A stretch of 41,623 bases of DNA from Bacillota bacterium (lineage in GTDB: Bacteria > Bacillota > Clostridia > Christensenellales > CAG-138), in NCBI GenBank assembly GCA_023393045.1, contig JAEWMV010000154.1, positions 1-41,623 of the forward strand, written 5' to 3'. Shown here piece by piece: positions 1 to 9,900 of the stretch; the stretch's first letter is position 1, and the number at the start of each line of letters is the position of its first letter. The notes below the pieces were generated by a model that ran no database searches, had not been told where the DNA came from, and was given only the letters and a program-made list of their open reading frames with translations. The position numbers and the translations under genes were made by a program.

Positions 1-424
1 GCACGGAGGCCGAACAGAAGGAGCGCATTTTCGATATCGCCATCCAGTTCGCGCGCGGTCTGCACTATGCGCATGAGGCAGGGCTTATCCATCAGGACGT
101 GAAGCCGGACAACTTACTGCTGACCAAAGCAGTTCGTCATTCTGCACTTGGTCGTTGGCAAACGGCGGACAGGGTCAGGCATATAGAATCCATTGGAGGT
201 ACAGTTTTCCCGGCTTCACAGACTGGAATGAGGATGCAAGGCCATACCTTGAGATGTTCCTCGCATTGCACCCGGACTGGAGGGACGTCGAGTTTAACGC
301 ACTGATAACCGAACTGCAAAATCGTGGCTTCGGATATATCCGTCCCGAGGGCGTACGAAACAAGCTGATGGAAATGCAACCAAAGAAAAAGAGCCGCAGC
401 GGTTTATTCGGCAAAAGGATCTGA
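1..424 (+). pseudogene. Remnant of a third Ser/Thr kinase paralog. Kinase subdomain VIb is joined out of frame to the C-terminal tail module. The 5' end is off-window.
   Basis: Frame 3 reads ...[36 protein letters not shown], matching both full kinases. It then runs into unrelated sequence and stops at 305. Frame 2 (open 77-424) ends ...[74 protein letters not shown], colinear with the last 73 aa of ORF 439-3519. The DFG motif, TPR region and propeller region are absent. Confidence 0.6.
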
Positions 425-438
425 GGGGAGGAACGTTT
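206..438 (+). repeat. Copy 1 of the duplicated tail-plus-junction segment (tail coding region, stop, RBS of the next kinase gene)
   Basis: Aligns by eye along its whole length with 3301-3533. Both begin tttcccggcttcacagactgg and end ttattcggcaaaaggatctgaggggag, followed by the next gene's ATG. Confidence 0.8.
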
Positions 439-3400
439 ATGACAAGCGAGGATAAAACTGTGTTCGATCCCGGTGTTGCCGTGTCCGATGGCAGCACAAC
501 CCTGCTTGACGCCGTCCTTTCCGATGCAGTAGCGCAAGGCGAGATTCCAGTCCCGACCGGCAATGCCGCCATTGTCAAGGGAGCGGCAATACTCGACACC
601 TACACCGTGGAAACCGACGCGATTGAGGGCGGTATGGGAAGCGTCTGGCGAGTCCATCACAAGGGCTGGAACGTAGACCTTGCCATGAAGCGCCCGCAGC
701 CTCAGTGCTTCTCCACCGATAAGAGCAAGGCAGATTTCATCCATGAGTGCGAGGCTTGGATAAACCTCGGCCTGCACCCGAATATCGTCTCCTGCTACTA
801 TGTCCGCGAGATCAGCGGCACTCCGACGATTTTCTCCGAATGGATGGACGGCGGAAGCCTTGGCGACGCGATAAAGAGTGGTGTTATTTATGAGAGCAAA
901 GAATCGGTGAGTACAGAGCGTATGCTCGATATAGCGATACAGTTTGCACGTGGCCTTCATTATGCGCATGAGGCTGGTCTCATTCATCAGGATGTTAAGC
1001 CGGATAATCTGCTGCTGACAAAAAACGGCGAAGCAAAAGTTGCGGACTTCGGCCTGGCAAAAGCGCGCGCTATTCTGACCGTCTTGGAGAACGACTCTGC
1101 AGCAGAGACTTCCAACAGCGGAAAAACTATCGTCTCACCTTCCGGCGGATATACCCCCGCTTACTGCTCTATAGAGCAGATGGACGGCAAGGAACTCACA
1201 CGAAGAACAGATATTTATTCATGGGCGGTCAGCGTTATGGAGCATTGTATCGGTTCCAGGCCGTGGGCTAATGGCGTTGTTGCAGGGTTGGGCTGCCGCG
1301 GTTACTTCGAAGATACGCGTATACCCATGCCGGAGGAGTTGCGAAAGTTGTTGGAGCGGTGTATGAGCGCCGAGCCTGACGACCGCCCGCACGACTTTGC
1401 GGATATTGAGGCAAAACTGCAAGAGATCTATCAGCTCGAAACCGGGAACTCATATCCGCGCCCCGAACCGAAGGCGGCGGCAGATACGGCGGAATCATTG
1501 AATAATATGGCGTTGTCCTATATGGATCTGGGACGCCCCGAAGAAGCGACTCGGCTTTGGGAGCAGGCGTTCACAGTCGACCCAGGCCACGTTGAAGCGA
1601 TATACAATCACACGCTTTATTCATGGCGCGCCGGGAAAATAATCGATGTTGAAGCGTTGAAAAGGATGCGCATCGCGCAAAGCGGTAATGCTTGTCAATA
1701 CGCGCAAGCGTTGCTGCACCTTGAACGCGGCGCCGGAGACGAGGCTATCGAGGCTTTGTCCGGGAGCAACAGAGATGCCGAAGTCACCGCTGTTGTTGAA
1801 GAAGCGCGTAAGGTCGGGCAGCCCGCCCTGCTTCAGACCCTTACCGGAAGCACATTGGCTCCGTTCAAGTATGACTATCCAACCGATAAAGGCGCACATA
1901 CGGTAAGCTTCAGCGATGACGGAACATATCTGTATGCAAGGGATCGTGCGAAGACAAAGGAGGACAGGTTCACATATCATAACGGGCATGTAAACCTGTG
2001 GAAGCGTACAAATGAAGGCTTTGTGCAGATACGTACGTCCGATCTGGAGCTCGGGCAGGTCAAGTGGAATATGCACATCTCTCTGAGAACAAAACTGAAT
2101 AAGCTGAAATATGGCATATCGGTCGCAAGCCCCGTTGTGAGAAACGGAGCATGGTATGTTCAGGATGAAATTGGACGCGTCCGTTATTCGCACGTATGGA
2201 GAGTTCCCGAAGACCGTGAATACCTCAGTATTGATACGTCGGCGTCGTTGAATAGACTCGCGTGCGGATGCGATATGAACACTGTTGATGTTTACACCCC
2301 GCCGCGGTTTGAGTACAAAGCCGCGTGGATGCTGTGCAAAGTGCGAGCACAAAACGAAGCGGTTGAAAGCGACGAGCTCTTCCGTGAATTGGCAGAGGAA
2401 GCCGCCCTCGCACTTGATAAGCGTGAAATCCAGACAGCCGCAGAATGCATCGCCGCCCTGCGTCCTTTACTTAATGCCGAGAATCAACATGAATACAGGC
2501 TTCTTAATGCCAGACTCGGAAAATACTGCGTGCCCAGCTCCCTGTTGACAATCTATCCGGATCCTCTTTGGGAGGCTCCGCCTCAGTCGCGATATGGGTT
2601 TTGCTCGGACGATCGGTTTGGCATCAACAGTTTTGATTGCTTTATGGATCGAGACAGCAACAAAATGCTGTGGAGCGATCCTCAGCGCTCCAAGATCCCG
2701 GAAGCGGTGCTCTCTCCAGATCAAAAAACCGTTGCATACAAAGCTGTGCAGGGCGGTAAATCCGCTGTTCAGCTCCGCAGTATCCTGACCAAAGATGTGA
2801 TATTCACTTATAAGCCAAATGAAAATGTTGGCTCTCTGCAGTTTCTTCCTGACGGGAGCGCAATCCTCGTAGCGCTTTGCGAGTCCATCAGCGCAGTCCT
2901 GATTGATTCTCGAAACGGAAAAGCGCTGCGGCATTACAAGGGAAGAAAGCCGCACATAACAGTTGATGTTTTCGTGCAAGTGAGTCCGAACGGAACGAGG
3001 TTTGCTTACGGCAGGATTGGAGATTCAAAGAGCGGCATGGGGGTTACTCATGAACCGCTGAGGTTTGCACGCATCAACGGAGATAAAGTGCTCGATACGA
3101 CAGAAACGTTGTCAACGTATTACGATTACATACGTGACGCACGGTTCTCACCGTATGATAGATGGTTTATGACTAAGCATTTTGACGGCTCTGTTCGCGT
3201 TTGGGATATTGAAAGGGGCGGAAATGACGTACAACGGTTTGACACAGAAGAAGACCTCATCACACTGATTAGCCGCGGGCATCTGGACTGGTGCTACGAG
3301 TTTCCCGGCTTCACAGACTGGGACGAGAACGCGAGGCCATATCTTGAGATATTCCTCGCGCTGCACCCGGACTGGAACGACGTCAACTTTGGTGAACTGA

Positions 3401-3519
3401 TAAACGAGCTTCAAAATCGTGGCCTTGGCTTTATTCGACCCGAGGGCGTGCGGTCGAAGCTGATGGAGATGCAGCCCAAGAAGAAAGGCCGCAGCGGCTT
3501 ATTCGGCAAAAGGATCTGA
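439..3519 (+). CDS. Hanks-type Ser/Thr protein kinase (non-RD, HQD) with a TPR-like linker, a WD40-like beta-propeller region and a 73-aa C-terminal tail. Cytosolic.
   Basis: GGGGAGG lies 8 nt upstream of the ATG. Kinase motifs: [19 protein letters not shown] (985-1008), VADFGLAKA, DIYSWAVSV. TPR-like: SLNNMALSYMDLGRPEEATRLWEQAF. WD40-like strands: HTVSFSDDGTYLYA, LSPDQKTVAYK, LQFLPDGSAILVA, VSPNGTRFAYG, FDGSVRVWDI. No long hydrophobic segment and no PASTA-like repeats. Confidence 0.85.
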   Translation: MTSEDKTVFDPGVAVSDGSTTLLDAVLSDAVAQGEIPVPTGNAAIVKGAAILDTYTVETDAIEGGMGSVWRVHHKGWNVDLAMKRPQPQCFSTDKSKADFIHECEAWINLGLHPNIVSCYYVREISGTPTIFSEWMDGGSLGDAIKSGVIYESKESVSTERMLDIAIQFARGLHYAHEAGLIHQDVKPDNLLLTKNGEAKVADFGLAKARAILTVLENDSAAETSNSGKTIVSPSGGYTPAYCSIEQMDGKELTRRTDIYSWAVSVMEHCIGSRPWANGVVAGLGCRGYFEDTRIPMPEELRKLLERCMSAEPDDRPHDFADIEAKLQEIYQLETGNSYPRPEPKAAADTAESLNNMALSYMDLGRPEEATRLWEQAFTVDPGHVEAIYNHTLYSWRAGKIIDVEALKRMRIAQSGNACQYAQALLHLERGAGDEAIEALSGSNRDAEVTAVVEEARKVGQPALLQTLTGSTLAPFKYDYPTDKGAHTVSFSDDGTYLYARDRAKTKEDRFTYHNGHVNLWKRTNEGFVQIRTSDLELGQVKWNMHISLRTKLNKLKYGISVASPVVRNGAWYVQDEIGRVRYSHVWRVPEDREYLSIDTSASLNRLACGCDMNTVDVYTPPRFEYKAAWMLCKVRAQNEAVESDELFRELAEEAALALDKREIQTAAECIAALRPLLNAENQHEYRLLNARLGKYCVPSSLLTIYPDPLWEAPPQSRYGFCSDDRFGINSFDCFMDRDSNKMLWSDPQRSKIPEAVLSPDQKTVAYKAVQGGKSAVQLRSILTKDVIFTYKPNENVGSLQFLPDGSAILVALCESISAVLIDSRNGKALRHYKGRKPHITVDVFVQVSPNGTRFAYGRIGDSKSGMGVTHEPLRFARINGDKVLDTTETLSTYYDYIRDARFSPYDRWFMTKHFDGSVRVWDIERGGNDVQRFDTEEDLITLISRGHLDWCYEFPGFTDWDENARPYLEIFLALHPDWNDVNFGELINELQNRGLGFIRPEGVRSKLMEMQPKKKGRSGLFGKRI

Positions 3520-3533
3520 GGGGAGAATTGAGC
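3301..3533 (+). repeat. Copy 2 of the duplicated tail-plus-junction segment
   Basis: See 206-438. Same order of tail codons, TGA, GGGGAG RBS and next ATG. Confidence 0.8.
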
Positions 3534-6500
3534 ATGGCAAACGAGGACAAGACAGCATTCGACCCCGGCGCAACTGTGCCGGAGAGTATCTCTACCGTGC
3601 CTGACGGCGGCACGACGCTGCTTGATGGTGGCGCGCCGATCAGCGGCAGCATTGCGCCCGCCTCTCGCGTAATACGAAAGGGCGATACGCTGCTCGATAT
3701 CTACCGTGTGGAGATCGATGCTATCGAGAGCGGCGGCATGGGGCAGGTATGGCGCGTCCATCACACGGGCTGGGATGTCGATCTTGCCATGAAGCGGCCG
3801 CGCGCCGAGCATTTCGCCAGCGAAGCGGACAAGGAAGTGTTCACACGAGAGTGCGACGCGTGGATCAATCTTGGTCTGCACCCCAATATCGTATCCTGTT
3901 ATTATGTGCGCCGCATAGACGACATTCCTACCATATTCTCTGAGTGGATGGATGGCGGCAGCTTGGCGGACGCTATCAACGGCGGCGGTCTCTACCGTGC
4001 AAACGACGACACAGCCAGGCAGGAGCGCATCCTGGATATCGCCATCCAGTTTGCGCGCGGGCTGCATTACGCGCATGAAATGGGGCTTATCCATCAGGAT
4101 GTGAAGCCGGATAACGTGCTGCTCACGAATGGCGGCGAGGCCAAGGTAGCAGACTTCGGTATTTCAAAGGCGCGCGCCGTGCTGACCGTGTTGGACGGGA
4201 AGGAGACGGCCGCAGCCGGACGCACAATACTGTCCCCGTCAGGTGGTTTTACCCCCGCCTATTGCTCCATAGAGCAGATGGACGGCAAGGAACTGACGCG
4301 AAGAACGGATATCTACTCATGGGCGGTCTCGGTCATGGAAATGTACACGGGTTCGCGCTTATGGGCGAACGGCGTAGTGGCGGGTCTTAGCTGCCGCGTG
4401 TATTTTGAACAGACGCGCATACCGATGCCGGAGGCTCTCAAAGAGCTGCTGGCCCAGTGTATGGATGCCGAGCCAGGAAACCGTCCCCATGATTTTGCGG
4501 AGGTCGAAGCAAGACTGCATGAGATATATAAGGCCGAAACGGGCACGGACTACCCCCGCCCCGCGCCTAAAGCAGCCGTTGATACGGCGGATTCGCTGAA
4601 CAATCGGGCGTTGAGTATGCTGGACTTGGGGAAACTCGATGAAGCAGAAGCTATTTTGGGCGATGCGCTGGCTAAAGACGCCACCGCGCCCGATGTGGTG
4701 TTCAATCATGCGCAGCTTGCTTGGCTTCGCGGGCGAACGGATGATTCCGCCGCTTTACGCGCGCTGAACAGTATTGCGATAGAACGGGAAAGGAACGCTT
4801 GCTTAGCGCGTCTTCGGACGGTTATTGGCCCGACGGATGCCCGTGAGTCTGATCGGAGTATAGATAGAGATAAAATAGCCAGAGTCATATACGATCAAAA
4901 GAACGAAAGGCTGCTGTACTGTGCTTCCCGGGCAGCGGTCAACAACAAACACAGGTATGCGCTGAATGTACTTGGCGGAGGTAGCGACCGGCGCTTCGAG
5001 CTGTACGATCAGCACGAACCACATAGATTGACATTGAGCGTGGACCACAAATGGGTATGCCTGCCCTATGACGACAGAATTGCTTTGTGTGATGTGGAAA
5101 ATGGGGAGTATCGTGAAATAGCCCGTGTGAGAACGGCGTCTGCCATTGCCGCTCTTAACGGTGATGGTGTGTACCTTGGCAAAGAGGACGGCGTATACCA
5201 TTATGAGATCTCCACCGCTCGAACCAGCCTCATCAGCTATTCCCCCACAGTTTGTCGTAACATCACGCAGAGCGGCGATGGAAAACTTTTGGCATGGCGC
5301 ATAGAGCAGAATAAACAGTGGTCTGTGCGCGTGTTCGATATGGATTCGCGTACTTTCCTGTTCTCGCGGGAAAGGACGGGCGAACCGTATGATATTGAGT
5401 TCAGTGATGATAATGATTACTTATTCGTTGGGGACAACGACGGCTTCTTTTCCGTATACAGCATACCAACCGGCGATACCTTGCTCCATATGAACAGCGG
5501 GCAGCGGTTTATCAGTATATGTGCAGTGCCGGGTGGGCGCTATGTGCTCACCGGTCACAGCGGCGGGTTTCGTCTGTGGGATATCGAGCATCGTATCTGC
5601 CGCCGCACCTATACCATAAACTGGGACAAAACTGTCTATCCCTACCCGACAAGAGGCGAGGACGGCGTTTTGCGTATTGGCACTGTCACAAGAGACGGCG
5701 TTTATTCTGAGTATGACCTACCCGATCAGGAAGTTCGTCCCGTATGGGAAATATGCGTCGTTACCAGCGCTGTGGTACAGCTTTCCCGCGACGAACTGTT
5801 CCGCAACGCCATATCCGATGCGGAAGCGGCTTTTGGTAAAGGAGAGTACATAGCCGCGCTCAGCGGGCTTAAAGAGGCGCGGGCCATTTCGGGATATGCC
5901 ACGGATGAGCGCTGCCTTTCACTGTACGAAAAGATTGCGCCTCACTTCCGGCTTTGCGGCCAGCCGCAGCTTGTGTCGCTGCGCCGCCTCCCAAGGGCTG
6001 ATGAAGTCAGCCTGTCCCATAATGGAAGCTATATCATGGATGAGGAAACGCATGAGGTCTATGAAAGGCTTAGCGGAGAATGCTTGCTTGCCAAGGATAA
6101 AATGCTCAATTATAAGCATACCGCTCTCATTTATGGCGACAGGCTCGCTTGTATCTACAAGACCGGCGAAAAGGAAGAACTCACAGCGGATATATTCCAG
6201 CTTCCCGGCGGTGAACGGGTATTCACAGGATGCCTTTGTACAGGCTCCGGCGCGAACGACATTACCCCATCCATACTCGCTTGGCCGGATTGCGAGTTGT
6301 TCACAGTACGTTTTCCGGGGTTCAGTTTTACCCGCAACGTCACCGTTGACAGCGTGTCATGCACACCCATGCGTCCTTTCATAGTGCAGTGGGAGTTCAA
6401 AAGTGAGGCCGACCAACTGACAGGGAGCGGTCTCATAGCTGGCATGCACGACATACGGCATATCTCAAACGGGAAAAGAACGGTCAAGTACACACCTGTA

Positions 6501-6953
6501 CCGGGCATGGATAAGAAGGTGTCAAAGCTTGCCAGATATCAAGTGACCGCCGATATGAAGACCGGGCTGGTTGGCGCGATCAAGGAACACCACTCCTTTT
6601 ACAGCATCAAGCCCGAGCTTCAGAAAGAACTGGATTCGTATGACGGCTGTCTGTTCCTATACTCGGCAAAGACGGGCAAGTTTATCAAGATGGTAAAGTT
6701 ATCCGCCGCCAATATCCATGTCCATCACGGTGGGTATTTCACCTGCGAGGGCGACGATGGCGTACTTTTATACCGTATTGCCGACTTTCTCGACACCGAC
6801 GAACCGAAGCCCGTGTTCATTCCGGTTCGGAATAGAATGTCCACTGTCAGTTTCAGCGCGGATATGCTGTACATGGCGATCGCCGTACCGCGTAACGCAC
6901 CCGCAGATGCAGGAGATACAGAAGTATTCTTGCTCGACTGGGAGCTGCAATAG
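3534..6953 (+). CDS. Paralogous non-RD Ser/Thr protein kinase with TPR-like and WD40-like regions. Lacks the C-terminal tail module.
   Basis: I prefer ATG 3534 (MANEDKTAF, parallel to MTSEDKTVF of the first kinase) over TTG 3528. Kinase motifs: [19 protein letters not shown] (4092-4115), VADFGISKA, DIYSWAVSV. WD40-like strands: LTLSVDHKWVCLPYDD, WSVRVFDMDS, IEFSDDNDYLFVGDNDGFFSVYSI, GHSGGFRLWDIEH. Ends ...FLLDWELQ*. Confidence 0.85.
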   Translation: MANEDKTAFDPGATVPESISTVPDGGTTLLDGGAPISGSIAPASRVIRKGDTLLDIYRVEIDAIESGGMGQVWRVHHTGWDVDLAMKRPRAEHFASEADKEVFTRECDAWINLGLHPNIVSCYYVRRIDDIPTIFSEWMDGGSLADAINGGGLYRANDDTARQERILDIAIQFARGLHYAHEMGLIHQDVKPDNVLLTNGGEAKVADFGISKARAVLTVLDGKETAAAGRTILSPSGGFTPAYCSIEQMDGKELTRRTDIYSWAVSVMEMYTGSRLWANGVVAGLSCRVYFEQTRIPMPEALKELLAQCMDAEPGNRPHDFAEVEARLHEIYKAETGTDYPRPAPKAAVDTADSLNNRALSMLDLGKLDEAEAILGDALAKDATAPDVVFNHAQLAWLRGRTDDSAALRALNSIAIERERNACLARLRTVIGPTDARESDRSIDRDKIARVIYDQKNERLLYCASRAAVNNKHRYALNVLGGGSDRRFELYDQHEPHRLTLSVDHKWVCLPYDDRIALCDVENGEYREIARVRTASAIAALNGDGVYLGKEDGVYHYEISTARTSLISYSPTVCRNITQSGDGKLLAWRIEQNKQWSVRVFDMDSRTFLFSRERTGEPYDIEFSDDNDYLFVGDNDGFFSVYSIPTGDTLLHMNSGQRFISICAVPGGRYVLTGHSGGFRLWDIEHRICRRTYTINWDKTVYPYPTRGEDGVLRIGTVTRDGVYSEYDLPDQEVRPVWEICVVTSAVVQLSRDELFRNAISDAEAAFGKGEYIAALSGLKEARAISGYATDERCLSLYEKIAPHFRLCGQPQLVSLRRLPRADEVSLSHNGSYIMDEETHEVYERLSGECLLAKDKMLNYKHTALIYGDRLACIYKTGEKEELTADIFQLPGGERVFTGCLCTGSGANDITPSILAWPDCELFTVRFPGFSFTRNVTVDSVSCTPMRPFIVQWEFKSEADQLTGSGLIAGMHDIRHISNGKRTVKYTPVPGMDKKVSKLARYQVTADMKTGLVGAIKEHHSFYSIKPELQKELDSYDGCLFLYSAKTGKFIKMVKLSAANIHVHHGGYFTCEGDDGVLLYRIADFLDTDEPKPVFIPVRNRMSTVSFSADMLYMAIAVPRNAPADAGDTEVFLLDWELQ

Positions 6954-6991
6954 TTCTCCGCGTTAAGCCATATTGTTAAGGAGGCAAAAAG

Positions 6992-9900
6992 ATGGACCTT
7001 TCCACATCCATGAAATTCGTAATGATGCGCGCGCAGTCAGAGGCCGCCGCAGCAAAGAAAAGTGAGGTCTCGCCGGAGCTGCTGTTTCTCGGTATATTGA
7101 AGCTTGCCGAAAAACGGGCCGAGGAGTTTGCGCCCACCTCGCGCCATAAGGCCGAGACCAACGCAGACATTGACGCAGTGAGGCAACAGTTTGCGCAGAA
7201 AAGCATCGATTCATCGCGTACACGAGGGTTGCTTCGCGCTGTCATTGCGGGTGGAGCCCACTTGGGCGGCGAGAAAGAACTGACGGAATGTCTGGTGCGG
7301 TCCGCGGATTTGGCGGGTAAGCGTGGCGAATCCGATCTCTGGGCACAGGATGTTCTCGCGGCGATTCTTGCCTGTCCCTCCGATGCGATATTGCAGGTTT
7401 GCCCGCTGAAAAAACAGGGCGCAGACAAGGCGGAAGACGCAAAGGACGAGCCGACGGGCGAAGCGAATGGGGCCGGAGAAAAGACCGACGAGATGAGCCG
7501 GGATTTCCTTCCCGCGCTGACAAGCCGTATCCGGCATATGCGCGCCAAACTGCTTTCCACCGTCCATGGTCAGGATCATGTGGTGCATGCCTTCACAGAG
7601 GGCATGTTTGCCGCAGAGGTCTTGGCCGCATCCGACGAGAAGCGCAAGCGGCCGCGCGCCATATTCGTGTTTGCGGGGCCTCCGGGCGTAGGCAAAACCT
7701 TCCTCGCCGAGCAGGCGGCGGAAGCGCTCGATATCCCCTTCAAGCGCTTCGATATGTCGAGTTTTTCTGACCATCAGTCCTACATGAGCCTCATTGGCTT
7801 TGAAAAGAGCTATCAGGGCGCAAAGCCGGGCACACTGACCGGCTTTGTCAAGAAGCAGCCCCACAGCATTTTGCTCTTTGACGAGATCGAGAAGGCGCAT
7901 TTGAACACGATACATTTATTTTTGCAGATCCTCGACGCGGGCAGGCTTGCCGACCGCTTTATGGATGAGGACATCTCTTTTAAGGACACCATCATCATAT
8001 TTACCAGCAATGCGGGGCGCTCGCTTTATGAGGGCGACGCCAGGCAGAACGCTGCGGGCGTACCGCGCAAGACGTTGATCAATGCGCTTGAGACTGAAAA
8101 GAACCCCCAGACCGGCCAGCCTTTCTTCCCCGCCGCCATCACCAGCCGTATGGCCACAGGATGGCCGCTGCTGTTCAACCATCTGCAGGCGCATCATCTT
8201 GATAAAATAAGCGGCGGTGAGCTTTCCCGCTTCTGTCAGCTTTTCGAGAAACAATACGGCATCGAGGCGGGCTTTGATGAGCTCGTTCCCACGGCACTGC
8301 TGTTTCAAGAGGGCGGCGCCGCAGATGCGCGCACGCTGCGCGCTCAAACCGAGCTGTTCTTCAAAAATGAGGTATTCAAGGTGTGCCGGCTCTGGGGGGA
8401 GGACAGGTTCTCCACCGCTCTTTCCGGCATAGAAAAGCTGCGTTTCACCGTAGAAACGGCCAAGCTCGCACAGGATGTACGCCCACTGTTCTTTTCGGAT
8501 GAGAAACCGGAGCTGCTTCTTTACGGCAGCCCGACATTTGCCGCGCGCTGCCGTGAAGAGCTGCCGGGGTATCTTATCTATGATACCCAGAGCGTAGAGG
8601 AAGCACTGACCATCGCCGGGGAAAAGGACGTCCGCGTCGTGTTGCTGGACGTCGCGGAGCGGAGCGTGCAGGACGCTGATGCGGGCTTTGTCACAATGGA
8701 GACTGTTTACGAAGGAGCACAGGAGCTTGTCATGTCAGCCGGAGCCTTCGACTTTGCACCCATGGCCGCGGGGGCGATCCACGATGGCAGCAGATTGTTC
8801 CGCTCGCTCAGGGAACGTCTGCCGGAGCTGCCTGTATATCTCTTGGAAACCGAGGAGTTCTCCATCGACGCCGAGCTGCTCATGAGTTTCGTCCGCGCGG
8901 GCGCGCGCGGCAAGCTGAAGGAGCCTGACGAGGATTTCTCCGTATTCGAGGATCAGCTTACCGCCATCTGCCGGGAGCTTTATATGCAGGGCGTCGCGGC
9001 TAAGATGGCCTCGGAGCGAAAGGTGCTGTACTTCGAGACCGCCCCCAAGCTCAGCCGGGACGGCAAGGAGATCATTGTGCGCCTGCGCGATTTCTCCCTG
9101 AAACGCGCCACCGAAGCCGACGACTCAAGCAGCGTGCTCGACGATGTGGAAAAGCCCAATATCCACTTTACGGATGTGATCGGCGCGGCGGACGCGAAGG
9201 AAGAATTAAAGTTTTTCATCGACTACCTGAAAAATCCAAAGAAGTTTTCCGCGCAGGGCCTAAAACCGCCTAAGGGCGTGCTTCTCTATGGTCCGCCGGG
9301 TACAGGAAAGACTATGCTTGCCAAAGCGATGGCCGGCGAAAGCGATGTTGCCTTCATCCCCGCCGTCGCAAGTGCGTTTGTCACCAAATGGCAGGGCAGC
9401 GGCCCAGAGGCTGTGCGGGAACTGTTCAAAAGGGCTCGCCGCTACGCTCCGGCCATCCTGTTCATCGACGAAATAGACGCAGTAGGCAGAAAGCGCGGTC
9501 AATCGAACACCTCTCATGGAGAGGAAATGGCATTGAACGCCCTTTTGACAGAGATGGATGGCTTCTCGGTCGACCCAAAGCGCCCTGTATTCGTGCTTGC
9601 CGCCACCAACTTCGATGTTGAAGAGGGTCAGGGCGGCATGGGCGTCATTGACCCGGCGCTTGCGCGGCGTTTTGACCGAAAGATACTGGTCGATTTGCCC
9701 AACGCCGACGAGCGGGAGCAGTTTGTGCGGCTGTATCTGAAAAAGAACAAGACGCATACCGTGACCGAGGAAATGATAAAACGACTTGCCTCACGCGCAA
9801 TTGGCATGAGCCCGGCGAACCTCGCCTCCGTGTTCGAACTCGCCAACCGAATGGCGGTCAAAGCCCAGAAACCTTTGGACGATGCGATACTGGACGAGGC

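Noticed and set aside
439-6953. PrkC/PASTA-type cell-wall-sensing kinases, or the PglW kinase of the Pgl/BREX type 2 system
   Set aside because: There is no transmembrane helix and no PASTA repeats. No PglX-like methyltransferase, PglZ phosphatase or PglY/BrxC ATPase genes are visible in the window.
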